Shown here: positions 24,793 through 35,866 of the stretch, piece by piece
How positions within the stretch are numbered: position 1 is the stretch's first letter
How the letters are laid out: each line of letters starts with the position of its first letter
Source of the DNA: Minutocellus sp. GHC0000111
Lineage: Eukaryota
Length of the DNA: 64,000 nucleotides
Reading direction: 5' to 3'
NCBI GenBank assembly: GCA_977018835.1
Contig: OZ361256.1
Span: 4,898,001-4,962,000, forward strand
Translations under genes and position numbers: made by a program
The notes under the pieces: generated by a model
The model's database searches: none
What the model was told of the DNA's origin: nothing
Seen by the model: the letters and a program-made list of their open reading frames with translations, nothing else

Positions 24793-26173
24793 CAGTCAGC
24801 TTCGCGCACCACCTGTTCTTCTTGGCTAATTTGGTCGAATTTTACTGCCGTGGCTTGCTTTCCATTCATTCTTGCGAAGATCAGTCGATTGAGTCAGTCA
24901 AATTGAGCCGCGGGAAAGTGGGGCAGCCATTCATGTGACGTCGAAGGGCTGTTGTTGTGCTCCGCATGAGCCGACCTTCAACGGTGGCATCGCCACAGAT
25001 TGGAAGGCCTCAACCCTCCGTGTTCAACACACAAGCTCTACTGATGCTGAACTGCAGACACACTGCATCGCGGCTCGAGGAGAAAACGTCAGTCAGTCAT
25101 CATCAGACCCATCCATGCAAAACTTCACTCATCATCGGCACACATCCATCCATCCATTGAAGGGCCCGTCCCAATCTACGAAGATGGTCGGCCTGCCATC
25201 AATAGCTTTAATTATTTTGCTAATGTGCTGCTGTTGAGTGTGTGCATGGTCAGTCGTCGTGCGGAGAGCCATCTGCCGCTGGTGGTGCCGTGTGTCGGTT
25301 ATCAGATCAAGAGTCGCGTTTGCCGGTTCTTGCAGCACGCTCGTGGTCGGCTGATCGCGCACTAGCATCAAGCGCCCAAGGAGGGCACTTCCTCGTCCAA
25401 GCGCAATGCCAACCACACGGACGGCAGGCGCCGATGGGTCAACACCACACCATCACCATCACAAAACATCACTCCGTCAAGACGATTAGGTTTACATCTA
25501 CTCAAAGAATCTGTCTCAAGCAACCAACAGAATGCAAAGAATAGGGGCGGGTAAGAGTTTACTGAACAGGGGCGGGATATCTGTCTTCTCATGATCTCTT
25601 CTGTCAATCTTTACACACGTCGATGATTGCAACCGTTTGAATCGACATTCGAAGAGGGGCGGGAGATGGAACCCGGAATGTTCAAGCGATGGCGACGGTC
25701 AGACGGCATTGCCATCTGTCTGCCGATCTCGATGGCAAGATTTGATTTGCTCATATTATTCCCATCTCTTCATCTTGGATTGTCTCCCGATACCTCAATA
25801 GTTAGTTATCGATAGACATTAGGAGAGATCTATACTCACGCTACTAGCTTTGTATATCTTTGAGCCTAAATATTATAGATATGTAATAAGTTGCACTGTT
25901 TTTTAATCAAACGGCTCTACCACATGTATGTATAATATATACTTTTTTAAGGGCTCCATCTTCCTTTTGGTATATAACAATCAAGTCTAAACATCGGTTT
26001 AGACTTGATTGTAATAGTTCCATTGCCGACTATCGGTATCGCGAGATCCGCTAACATTTGTCACTCTTTTGCGGTACCTTCACACTGCGAATAGCTAATA
26101 TAGATGCTATGCTCGTCGTATCGATACAAAGAACCCTCCTATATTTACTGTTTCTTTTGTACAATTGTACAAG

Positions 26174-28087
26174 CTAATTTTCAATGACAAGCCCCGGAAC
26201 ACCCTTCAGCCCCATTTTGCCGACAGTACGCTTCTGAAGGCTGGGAATCTGCCGCAAGCCGGTGAGGCGAGACCACTCATTCATCAACTGTACAAGCTCG
26301 GCCTTGGAGATCTTGCCGATTCTCTTGGTGTTGCTGTTGTAAAACCCAAGCATGGCTCTGTAGGCACCTTCTGCACTCTGGACGAGATCACGGTCGCCGC
26401 TATTGATCTTGTTGAAGACAGGATTCCATGCATTGATACTAGCCTGACTTGGGCTGGTCGCGAAGAGAGCCTTGAGCTCGCTGTCTTCCGGGCAGTCGAC
26501 GCTCTTGAGCTCCTTGAGGAATGACCGTTCGAAGGGGGCAAGAACGAGCCACCCCTTACCAGCACGTCCGGCGCGGCCGGTCCGGCCGAGACGGTGGATA
26601 TACTGCTCGCGATTGTCTGGCAAACCAATCTGAATGACGTGCGTGACGTCGGGATAATCGACGCCTCGGGCCGACACATCGGAGGAGAACAGCACGGCAC
26701 GCTTGCTCTTGCGAAACTTCTCGCTGGCCTTGTCGCGATGGCTCTGCGACTTGCGAGAATGAATCTCGATCACGGGGATGTTCATTCCCTTGTTGAACAT
26801 GTCGGAGTAGAATGCCGTCAGCTTGGCTGTAGAGAAGAATACGATAACCTTGTGATTGTCGGGTTCACGCCTCATGGCCTCGAGGACAACCTCCACGACG
26901 CCAATGAGGAGCCGGTCCATCGATGGGAGGATGACGTGACTTTGCTCGACGTGGATGTTCGTTTCGGCACCCTTGTCATGAATGCAGTCCACAGTAACAA
27001 AGTCAGCCTTCATAGACTGGGCCATCACAGCCTTGAGCTGCTTGGGCATGGTGGCAGAGAACAGCAGAGTCTGACGCTTCTCGATGGGAGGGAGGAAGGA
27101 GATGATCCGAGTGATATCAGGTCGGAAGCCCATCTCCAACAACTGGTCCGCTTCGTCGAGCACCAGCACCTGCAGCCCATTGAAGCAGTCCGCGAAGGGA
27201 CGGCCCGACGACAGGGTTGTGTTCTCCAGGTGATCCTTGAGCCTACCGGGCGTGGCAATGAGGATAGTGGGCAGCTGCCTCTCGAACAGACGAACGTCCT
27301 TCTTCATGTTGGTGCCTCCGTAGACCACCTGACTGCTGAGACGGAGCTTGGGCTTGTGGTACGTCAAGAGGGCCTCGGCCTGGACGGAGATCTGAGTTGC
27401 CAGCTCTCGCGTGGGGGAGATACAAAGGACCTTGATGGAGGGACCGCCGGCCGAAGACTTGCCCAGCCCGTTGATGACGGTCTGCAGGGCGGGAATGAGG
27501 AACGACACCGTCTTGCCGGTACCGGTACGAGCGCGGCCAAGGACGTCCACGCCTGCCGGGTGGGGCTTTCCAACGGCCTGCTGGTTCTGCTCTTCACCCT
27601 CTAGCACCGAGGGGGGGAGATATCCGACCGCCACCAGCGTCTTGAGCTGGATCTCGGTCAAACGGGCCAGCTTCATAATGTCCGTGACGGCACGGGTCGT
27701 GTCGGAACTGACGGCGCTGTTGGGCAACGAGGCAAAGGATTGCTTGGTCATGAAGGAGGGATCCTCGGTCTTGCCAGCGTGGCCAAAGGCCGGAGGAGGG
27801 AGCGAGCCCGACGAGTGGGCCGAGCTGTCCATCATGGCAGCATCGCTGTCCTCGCGAGGAGACTGCTCCTGACGCTTGTGGGGGAGACCGCCATCGTCCG
27901 AGAACGAGCCGTGACGCTTCGGCCCGCGGTTTCGGCGATTGTTGTTGTTGCCGCCCCTTCCGCCGCCTCCGCCTCGGCCGTTACCACCTCCGCGACCTCT
28001 TCCGCCTCGACCCCGGCTCCGTCCCCGGCCTCTTCCGCGTCCCCCGCCTCTTCCGCCGCCGCCGTAATTGCTTCTTGGTTGGTCCAT
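26174..28087 (-). CDS. DEAD-box RNA helicase (Mss116/CYT-19/RH25-31-like) with RGG N-terminus
   Basis: ARTGTGKT, PTRELA, TPGRL, DEAD, SAT, ARGVD, HRLGRTGR and C-terminal AYRAMLGFY. Confidence 0.93.
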   Translation of the reverse strand: MDQPRSNYGGGGRGGGRGRGRGRSRGRGGRGRGGGNGRGGGGGRGGNNNNRRNRGPKRHGSFSDDGGLPHKRQEQSPREDSDAAMMDSSAHSSGSLPPPAFGHAGKTEDPSFMTKQSFASLPNSAVSSDTTRAVTDIMKLARLTEIQLKTLVAVGYLPPSVLEGEEQNQQAVGKPHPAGVDVLGRARTGTGKTVSFLIPALQTVINGLGKSSAGGPSIKVLCISPTRELATQISVQAEALLTYHKPKLRLSSQVVYGGTNMKKDVRLFERQLPTILIATPGRLKDHLENTTLSSGRPFADCFNGLQVLVLDEADQLLEMGFRPDITRIISFLPPIEKRQTLLFSATMPKQLKAVMAQSMKADFVTVDCIHDKGAETNIHVEQSHVILPSMDRLLIGVVEVVLEAMRREPDNHKVIVFFSTAKLTAFYSDMFNKGMNIPVIEIHSRKSQSHRDKASEKFRKSKRAVLFSSDVSARGVDYPDVTHVIQIGLPDNREQYIHRLGRTGRAGRAGKGWLVLAPFERSFLKELKSVDCPEDSELKALFATSPSQASINAWNPVFNKINSGDRDLVQSAEGAYRAMLGFYNSNTKRIGKISKAELVQLMNEWSRLTGLRQIPSLQKRTVGKMGLKGVPGLVIEN

Positions 28088-28181
28088 GCTTTTCAGTTTT
28101 GCTTCCTCTGCCAATGCCGAGAAATGAAATAAGTGCGTGGCGTGGGCTGTGCATGTGCGTGGCGGGCTGCTACCTAGGCAT

Positions 28182-29386
28182 GGGGGTTGACCCGTGTACG
28201 TACACTAACAAAAATTTGGTCCGTCCGTCGTCCAATTTCACTCGTAAAATCTCCGTTTTGTTAGGAGTTTTCTCTCTCAACTTTGACTTCTTCTAAGTTG
28301 GTCAAAATCCAAAACCGCGTAGCCCCTTTCGGACACAGTGTTGGAATAGATGTGATTAGAGCATTGTGCAAGCTGGGCTTTCTGGTTCCAAAATCTCGTC
28401 GAGATACGGCACACGCCCAAACCATACCTCTTCGCGCGACGCTCATTTCGCCAACCTCTACCGTCCATGATGTGCCAAACAGCTCCAATGCCGCCCCCAC
28501 CTTGCAGACATCGAGCACTGTACATGTCCGATCATATGTGAGCTTTTGGGGTGAAACGGCGACCATTGAGGCCTCCTTCGTCGGCCATTGCCGCTGCCGA
28601 CGAAGCGTCAAACGACGCTTTTTTGGTGGTCATTTGCCATCATGTGCTGCACGCCAAGTCGATGACGCATCCCACCTACCGCCGCCAACACCTTCCAATA
28701 TGTCTACATGAGCGATTTGATGCCGGCGGCGCCACTGATAACAATTGTTATTGCCGTATCTTGGCTCAGCATCCGAGCCCTCGATAACGGCCGTTCGAAT
28801 ACGACCCCAACACTCATTTTTCGTATTCCAATTGGTCTGTCCGTCCATCCGTTCCCCCACCCTCCTCACGTGATGTGCTACCTTTCGCCACCCAACCATA
28901 ATTCGATACCGACCGCGCCACTTCTACCGATCAATTATGTCACAAGGGAGACTGTGTATCATTTTTGCTGCTTCCGGTCGTCGTGTTGTCGAGATTTTCT
29001 CGATGAAGCGAAGTGTTGGGGGTCGAAAAAATATTTTCGTATTCCAGAAACGATATTGGAGGTGGGATAGCAGCCGAAGGAAGAAGGCATACCGGCGAAG
29101 CAATGCATCAATCCGACCCTTATATATGGTAGTATCGTTGGTGTGGCGTGTGTCGATAGTTTTCGCTTGGAACATGGTTTCGGAGGTCTGTTTCAATTCG
29201 CTAGCATTTTGTTAGTGGCCAAAAAATAAGCTGGTAATAGAAACATCGATATCTCAACGAATAACTACAACTAGAAGTTCGTACCATTTGCATATCACTT
29301 CTCTAACATAGTAGTAGTGATATATGCAATAAAAGGTTGGTGTTTGAAAAATTTTTGTTAGTGAGTTTTACCACGGGTCAACCCCC
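28182..29386. mobile_element. Non-autonomous TIR DNA transposon (1.2 kb) with AT target-site duplication
   Basis: GGGGGTTGACCCGTG...CACTAACAAAAATTT at left and its reverse complement at right; AT at 28180-28181 and 29387-29388; no transposase ORF. Confidence 0.85.
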
Positions 29387-29487
29387 ATAGCTGCTGCAGG
29401 GCGGGCCCGCCAAAAAAACGCACGAAGCCAGACCACTCGACTGACTCCTCACTCGACTCGATCGACTCTCGAAAGCGGCAGACTTCA

Positions 29488-29683
29488 TGTTGAAACCGTG
29501 GGATACGTACGTACGTATACATACGTACGGTACGTACGGTGATCAGACCACTGACTCAGTGCCCTCTCCTGACCGTTGATCCATGGGCCAACGACATCTC
29601 CGATGGCCCATTTTTCATCTACGTAGGTCCTGTTAACCTCTACTAGCTATATCTATCTAGCTTAGCTTTAGGACCTCTTAGCA
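29488..29683 (+). repeat. 5' LTR
   Basis: Matches 35543-35738 with 3 mismatches in 196 bp. Confidence 0.97.
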
Positions 29684-29992
29684 GACCTACGTGATACATC
29701 TTTTCCACCCGTGCTCGCCCCATTTCGGTTCGCACCTCACCGGTTTGTCTTTTGGGTTTTCTCACTCGTCGTCACACGCAAGAAAAACCGACACATCTTC
29801 AATCGGCCAAAACGACCGTTTCTTTCGACAATATTGGAACGACGATCCAATCCCTTCCCCGAAAGTCCTGACCAGATCGACCCATCCAATCGATCACACT
29901 TCTCTGGATCGAACCTTCTGTCGATCACACGTCTCGCAGCAGCAACGCCGCCGTGCTGCCTGTCTTCGCTGCTGACTGACTGAAACACCAGC

Positions 29993-31287
29993 ATGAATCC
30001 CGACGCAGTTTTTGGCCAACCTCTCGGCGCAGCGCCGATTCTCCCCACCAAGTTAATCACACGTATGAATGACCCAGGACAACCTCCCCAACGCGAGCGT
30101 GTTGCCAAAGCGCTCAAGGAACTTCACAACAAGCGGCGGCCAGCACTGTTCTCCAGCAGGCAGGGTGCAATGACCACAACCTCGGCCATTTGGGCCTCGT
30201 CGTCAGCGATGCCGAACACACCACCAAAAGTAACGGCCGACCACATGTGCCTCCGGCAAATCCTGGCCCCAGCCCCACCATTCCCGCCGTGGCCAATCTA
30301 GACCAACAACGCGATTGTGCAATCCGGGGACGTTGCATCGAAAAGGGCCACTACAACTTGCACGAGCAAGTCAACACGGCGCTCAAGAATCTCCTCCTCG
30401 ACTCGATCGACGCCGTCTACATCAATCATCTCGAAGATGACATGCTCGGTTTCCAGCCAGTCACCATCCGCCAAATCATCGACAGCATTGCCGATCGCTG
30501 CTTGAAATTCAACGAGACTCAGAAGGAGGAATTAGAGAAGCAGCTCGAGAAGCAGCACGACGGGGGACCCATCGACACCCACATCGCCACATTCAACAAA
30601 GTCTTCAAGGCGTTTGAAACGGCCGGCGAACCCTTCACCAACAAGCAAAAGGTCTCCAAGTTCTGCCGCTCCGTGCGCAGGTTCTCATTGGCAAAGAAGG
30701 CATGCGAGGACTGGGACGACAGACCGGAGGCCGAACGCACGTGGGCCAACATGCAGTCGGACTTCCGCGATCGGTGTGATAAGAAGATGGCCAATGCCAC
30801 CACCGAAGCGGCAGGATATCATGGCGCGAATTTGGCCTCATCGGCCTCGGACGATCCATTTCTTTCTCGAGCCGATCTCCTTTTGGCTGACACCACCGAA
30901 GCCCTCAAGACCAACCAAGCCACGATGGCGATCCTCGCCAAAAAGAGCAACGAGAAGGATGACACCATTGCCAAACTTCGCCAAGAAATAGCTTCACTCA
31001 AGGCCGAGAACCGCGTTCTGCGTGAGGGACGCAACCATGCTGGTGGCAGTGGAGGCTGCCGCGGCGGTGGCCAGCAGAACGGCGCCGGCCACTTCCCAGG
31101 CCAAGGTCCTAACCTCAACCGCCAGGAGAAGCGGGAACTGCAGTCGATCCTCCCCAGAGGCCATTATTGCCACACGTGCGGCTATTCGTCCAACCACCCC
31201 AGCTTTGAATGCACTTGCAAAGGGCCCAACCACGTTGATAACGCCACCAAGTGCAATCCTTGCGGTGGTAGCTCGCGTCGTAACTGA
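29993..31287 (+). pseudogene. gag: Retrotransposon gag, frameshifted near 30130-30170
   Basis: GHLGLV motif, WxxxPEAERTWANMQ, C-terminal YCHTCGY...HPSFEC...H...AT..NP.GGS zinc-knuckle region. Confidence 0.85.
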
Positions 31288-34200
31288 GCGGGAGGGACGG
31301 TGGATATTAATCAGTATAAAATAGAGGACAGCATGTCTGAATCCACCTCCTCCCCGCCTTCGTTAGCTTTTCTTACGTCAAAAAGCAAACCTCCAACTCA
31401 AGAGCCAATCTTCCTCGCAGCAGACACTGGAACGACGGGACATTTTGTCCAGAAGCCCCAACACCCATCGTGCGATGGCCCTATTTTCAACGTCCAACAG
31501 ACAGCAATTCCTATCAGCGTCACCCTTCCGGATAACAGCACAATGACGAACACCCACGAGGCCACGCTTCGCCTCCCTGGGGTTTCCCCATCGGCTAGCA
31601 AGGCCTATATTTTCAACAACATGGCATCATCGCTCCTATCGATTGGGCAGCTGTGTGACGATGGATGCATTGCCACTTTCGATAAGGATTCGGTAGTCAT
31701 CGCCAAGGACAATGCCGTCATTTTGCAAGGTAAACGAGACCCCTCAACGAAATTGTGGATGGTAGATCTTAATTGCTCGCCCACCATGTCGCCGCTCCCC
31801 GGCCCCAACGTCATCCAACATGCTGCCAACGCCGCAATTGCCCAGGAGACGGTTCCGGAACGTGTAGCCTTTTTACATTGGTGCGCTGGCAGTCCTCAGC
31901 TATCTACCTGGTGCAAAGCAATCGATGCGGGATTTTATAGATCTTGGCCAGGCCTCACATCAAAGCTTGTACGTAAGCACATGCCACAGTCGATACCGAT
32001 GATTAAAGGTCACTTAGACCAGCAGCGCAAGAACATCAGGTCGACCAAGCCCAAACGGTCGATGGCTACGCCAAAATCTCTCCCTGGGGTGGACGAAACC
32101 GAGCAGGATCTCCACCCGGCACAACACCAACAGCGCACCAACTATGTCTTTGCTGATTGTCATGACATAACGGGCCAGATCTTCTCAGATCAGCCCGGCC
32201 GTTTCTTGGTATCGTCTATTTCTGGCCACCAGCACATAATGGTCGTCTATGACTATGACTCCAACAGCATCTTGGCCGAACCAAGGAAAAGCCGATCGGG
32301 AACGGAAATGCGCCGAGCGTACCAAACTATTTTCGAATACCTCTCCAAGCGAGGATTTCGCCCAAAATTGCAACGATTGGATAATGAAGTGAGTCGAGAG
32401 CTGAAGGAGTTCATGGAAGAAAAGGATGTAGATTTTCAATTGACCCCAACGCACTCCCACCGCCGAAATGCGGCCGAACGAGCCATTCGAACCTTTAAGA
32501 ATCATTTCATTGCGATTCTCTGTGGTGCCGATCCCGACTTTCCCCTCATCTTGTGGGATAAATTGCTGGAGCAGGCGGTAATGACCCTCAATTTCCTGAG
32601 AGCATCCCGAGTCAACCCTCGACTATCAGCGTACGAGCAACTCAATGGCGGCTTTGATTTCAATCGCACGCCTCTCGGCCCCCTCGGATGCAAGGTCATC
32701 TTTCACGAGATGCCCTCGGCACGCGGCTCTTGGTCCCCGCATGGCGTTGATGGGTACTATGTCGGTCCAGCCATGGAACACTACCGGTGTTACAAGGTTT
32801 GGATTGAGGAAACTCGGGTGGAACGCACTGGTAACACACTCGTCTGGCTCCCCAAAATGATTCCGGTGCCCAAAACGTCGTCGGCCGATGCAGCAATAGT
32901 CGCAGCTCATGAACTCCTGCACGCTCTACAGAATCCACATCCAGCGGCACCCCTTGCTCCCCTTCGAGACGAGCATCGTCAAGCTTTAGAAAAGCTCTCC
33001 GAGATTTTCAACAGCGTGACCCCAGCAGAATCTGCCACCTCCGCCTCTGATGAGACGATGCAGACAACCGCAGCTCCGAGGGTGCTGGAGAACGATGACG
33101 ACTCCCAACGATTCCGCCTCGGTACCATCGTCGCCAAAGTGTTTGGAGATCGCAATTACAAGGGTAGAGTCGTTGCATTTGACAAGAAGTATAAGTACTA
33201 CAAAATCAAATACGAGGACGACGACGTAGAAGAGATGAACGAGACTGAAGTAGGCCGTCACCTTGTCTCCAACCCCAACGCTCCGTTACCTCAGCCCCAG
33301 CAACCTCCGAGGGTGGCAAAATCCTCCACATGTGATGCAGCCACCACTAAAAGCCGTCGATCACGTCGATCCAACGCGCCACCTCGCTCGTCCGTTTCTT
33401 CCAACTACTACAATCCTTTGGCTGCAGCAGACGAGCCCAACGGCGACGATGATGATAATCATGACGACGATGCAACCGTCGTAACATCCAATCAAAGTTC
33501 CAATGCCCCCACCTCCCGTCGGCAACGTAAACGCAAGTCTCCAACGATCGATACCACTCCAACATTACCAGCTCCAGCAAAATCGACAAGCAAGTCCAAA
33601 CCATCGACCGCCAAACCACCTCGACGACGATCATGCCGTCAGCGAGGGTACATTCCACATCGGAACCCTCCCCCACGGCCATCATCTCGTCGTAGCACCC
33701 ACCACGTGGCCAACATGGCAGCTTTCTCGCCTTTACCAAACCTCCAACACTTTGCTAACGCCGTCGTCCATCCCGATACTGGTGCAATGCTTGAACACCG
33801 CGACCTCCTCAAAACGAACATGAGGGACCAATTCATTCAAGCAAACATCGATGAAATTGGACGGCTAACGGACGGCCGAGTTGGAAACAGTGCTAGCATT
33901 CCCTCCAATACAATGGCTTTCGTCCACTGGTCCGAACTGCCTCGGGGAAAAAAGCCACATACCTCCGCATTGTCGCCGACTATCGCTCCCATAAACCAAA
34001 TCCCAATCGAGTTCGATGGACTGCAGGAGGCGACAAAATTCATCACCCTGGTACAGTCTCGACCCCGACCGCTGAAATGTTGACTGCAAAGTTACTTTTC
34101 AACAGCGTCATCTCTACAGACAACGCTCGTTTCATGGGAATTGACATCAGTGACTTCTATCTCAGTAGCACCATGCCAGAGCCAGAATGGATGTGGGCGC

Positions 34201-35494
34201 CAGTAGCTCTCATCCCCGACGAAGTCATGGAAGCCTACGACCTCCACGACAAAGTAAAGAATGGTCGAGCATTGGTCAGAATCGATGGCGGAATGCATGG
34301 ATTACCCCAGGCAGGGCGCCTAGCCTACGATCAACTTGTCAAGCATCTCAAACCCCATGGCTATTTCCCTTGCAAGCTTGCTGCCGGCCTTTGGAGGCAC
34401 AAAATCCGCCCAATTACCTTTTGCCTAACCGTTGACGATTTTGGAGCAAAGCATGTCTCGGGAAAGAGCATGCAGACCATCTCATTCAGGCCCTCAACTC
34501 CAAGTATGAGATCACTGCCGATTGGGAAGGCCGACTTTATTGTGGCATTCAACTCGAGTGGAACTACGAGGCCAAATGGGTGGATCTATCTGTGCCTAAC
34601 TACGTCAAGGAGATGCGCCACAAGTTCCAACACGACCGCCCCTCACGGCCCGAGCATGCGCCACATCGATGGAATCGTCCGACGCATGGCCCGGGACCCC
34701 AGATGCCAGAACCGGAAGACGACTCACCACCACTCGACGCCAAAGGCATCAACGAAATTCAACAGGTGGTGGGCAGCTCCTTGCACTGTGGTCGAGCAAT
34801 TGATTCAACAATTTCACCGGCGCTCAATGGCATCTCAGCGGAACAATCCAAAGCTACCGAGCGCACTCGACAAGATGCCAAGAAGCTTCTAGATTACCTT
34901 GCAACCCATCCCGACGCAGTCATTCGATGCGTCAAGTCAGACATGATCCCACATGCACATGGCGACGCCTCCTGCTTGTCAGCCCCGAAATCAAGAAGCA
35001 AGCTCGGAGGGTGCTTCTACCTAAGCTCCCGACCTAAGGACCCGCACCGCCAGCCTGACTCAAGTGATCCCATGCCACCAATGAATGGAGCCATCCTCGT
35101 CAATGCCAATGTCATCAAGCATGTAATGTCCTCAGCCAGCCGCTGAAGCCGAATTGGGAGGATTGTTTTTCAACATGAAAGAAAGATGCATGCAGCACCA
35201 ATCCGGGCAGCACTAGAAGAAATGGGTCACCCGCAGCCCCCTACTGCTATCGTCGTTGACAACTCTACAGCATCTGGAATCGCCAATAAAACCGTCAAGC
35301 AAAGACGGTCTAAGGCCATGGACATGAGATTCCACTGGGTCCAAGATCGCACAGAGCAACGACAACTCCATCCAGGTGTGCCTAGGCACTGGAGGAAAGG
35401 AGCGCAAAATTTGGCCGATTATTTTACAAAGCACCATCCCGCCCGCTACCATGTCGACATGCGACCAGTCTACTTACATGTAGATTCCAATTAG
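31288..35494 (+). pseudogene. pol: Retrotransposon pol (PR-IN-Tudor-RT-RNaseH) with several frameshifts (about 33950, 34460, 35140-35190)
   Basis: ADTGTTGHF; SDQPGRF, LDNE, NAAERAIRTFKNHF; GIDISDFYL, GLPQAG, VDDFG; DAS, EAELGG, DNSTA, ADYFTK. Confidence 0.93.
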
Positions 35495-35542
35495 GACTCT
35501 ACATGTAGATTCAATGGCACTAGTCATTGATCTGCGAGGGTG

Positions 35543-35738
35543 TGTTGATGCCGTGGGATACGTACGTACGTATACATACGTACGGTACGTACGGTGATCA
35601 GACCACTGACTCAGTGCCCTCTCCTGACCGTTGATCCATGGGCCAACGACATCTCCGATGGCCCATTTTTCATCTACGTAGGTCCTATTAACCTCTACTA
35701 GCTATATCTATCTAGCTTAGCTTTAGGACCTCTTAGCA
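35543..35738 (+). repeat. 3' LTR
   Basis: Copy of 29488-29683, followed by TSD CTTCA. Confidence 0.97.
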
Positions 35739-35866
35739 CTTCAGTCAGTCAGCCATGCCAAGCGGGATCTGCAGAACTACATGTACCGGTACTGCAGATC
35801 TAAACACATGTACAGCCAGGTTCTACATCAAGTACACATTGTAATACTCTAAAAATAAGATTCACC

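Larger units (their letters stand above)
29488..35738 (+). mobile_element. Full-length Ty1/copia LTR retrotransposon (diatom CoDi type), inactivated
   Basis: 196-bp TG...CA LTRs, 5-bp TSD CTTCA (29483-29487, 35739-35743), PPT-like GCGAGGGTG (35534-35542), order gag-PR-IN-RT-RH. Confidence 0.97.

Noticed and set aside
24935..25815. Short ORFs between trypsin and the helicase
   Set aside because: No recognisable motif or consistent exon chain; may be decayed sequence.
26594..27604. Long antisense ORFs (also 2493-3074, 8068-8682 and others)
   Set aside because: Shadows of GC-rich, TA-poor coding sequence on the opposite strand; no motifs.
29503..29540. TACG tandem repeats as a CRISPR-like array
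   Set aside because: Simple repeats inside the LTR; no repeat-spacer structure and no cas genes.
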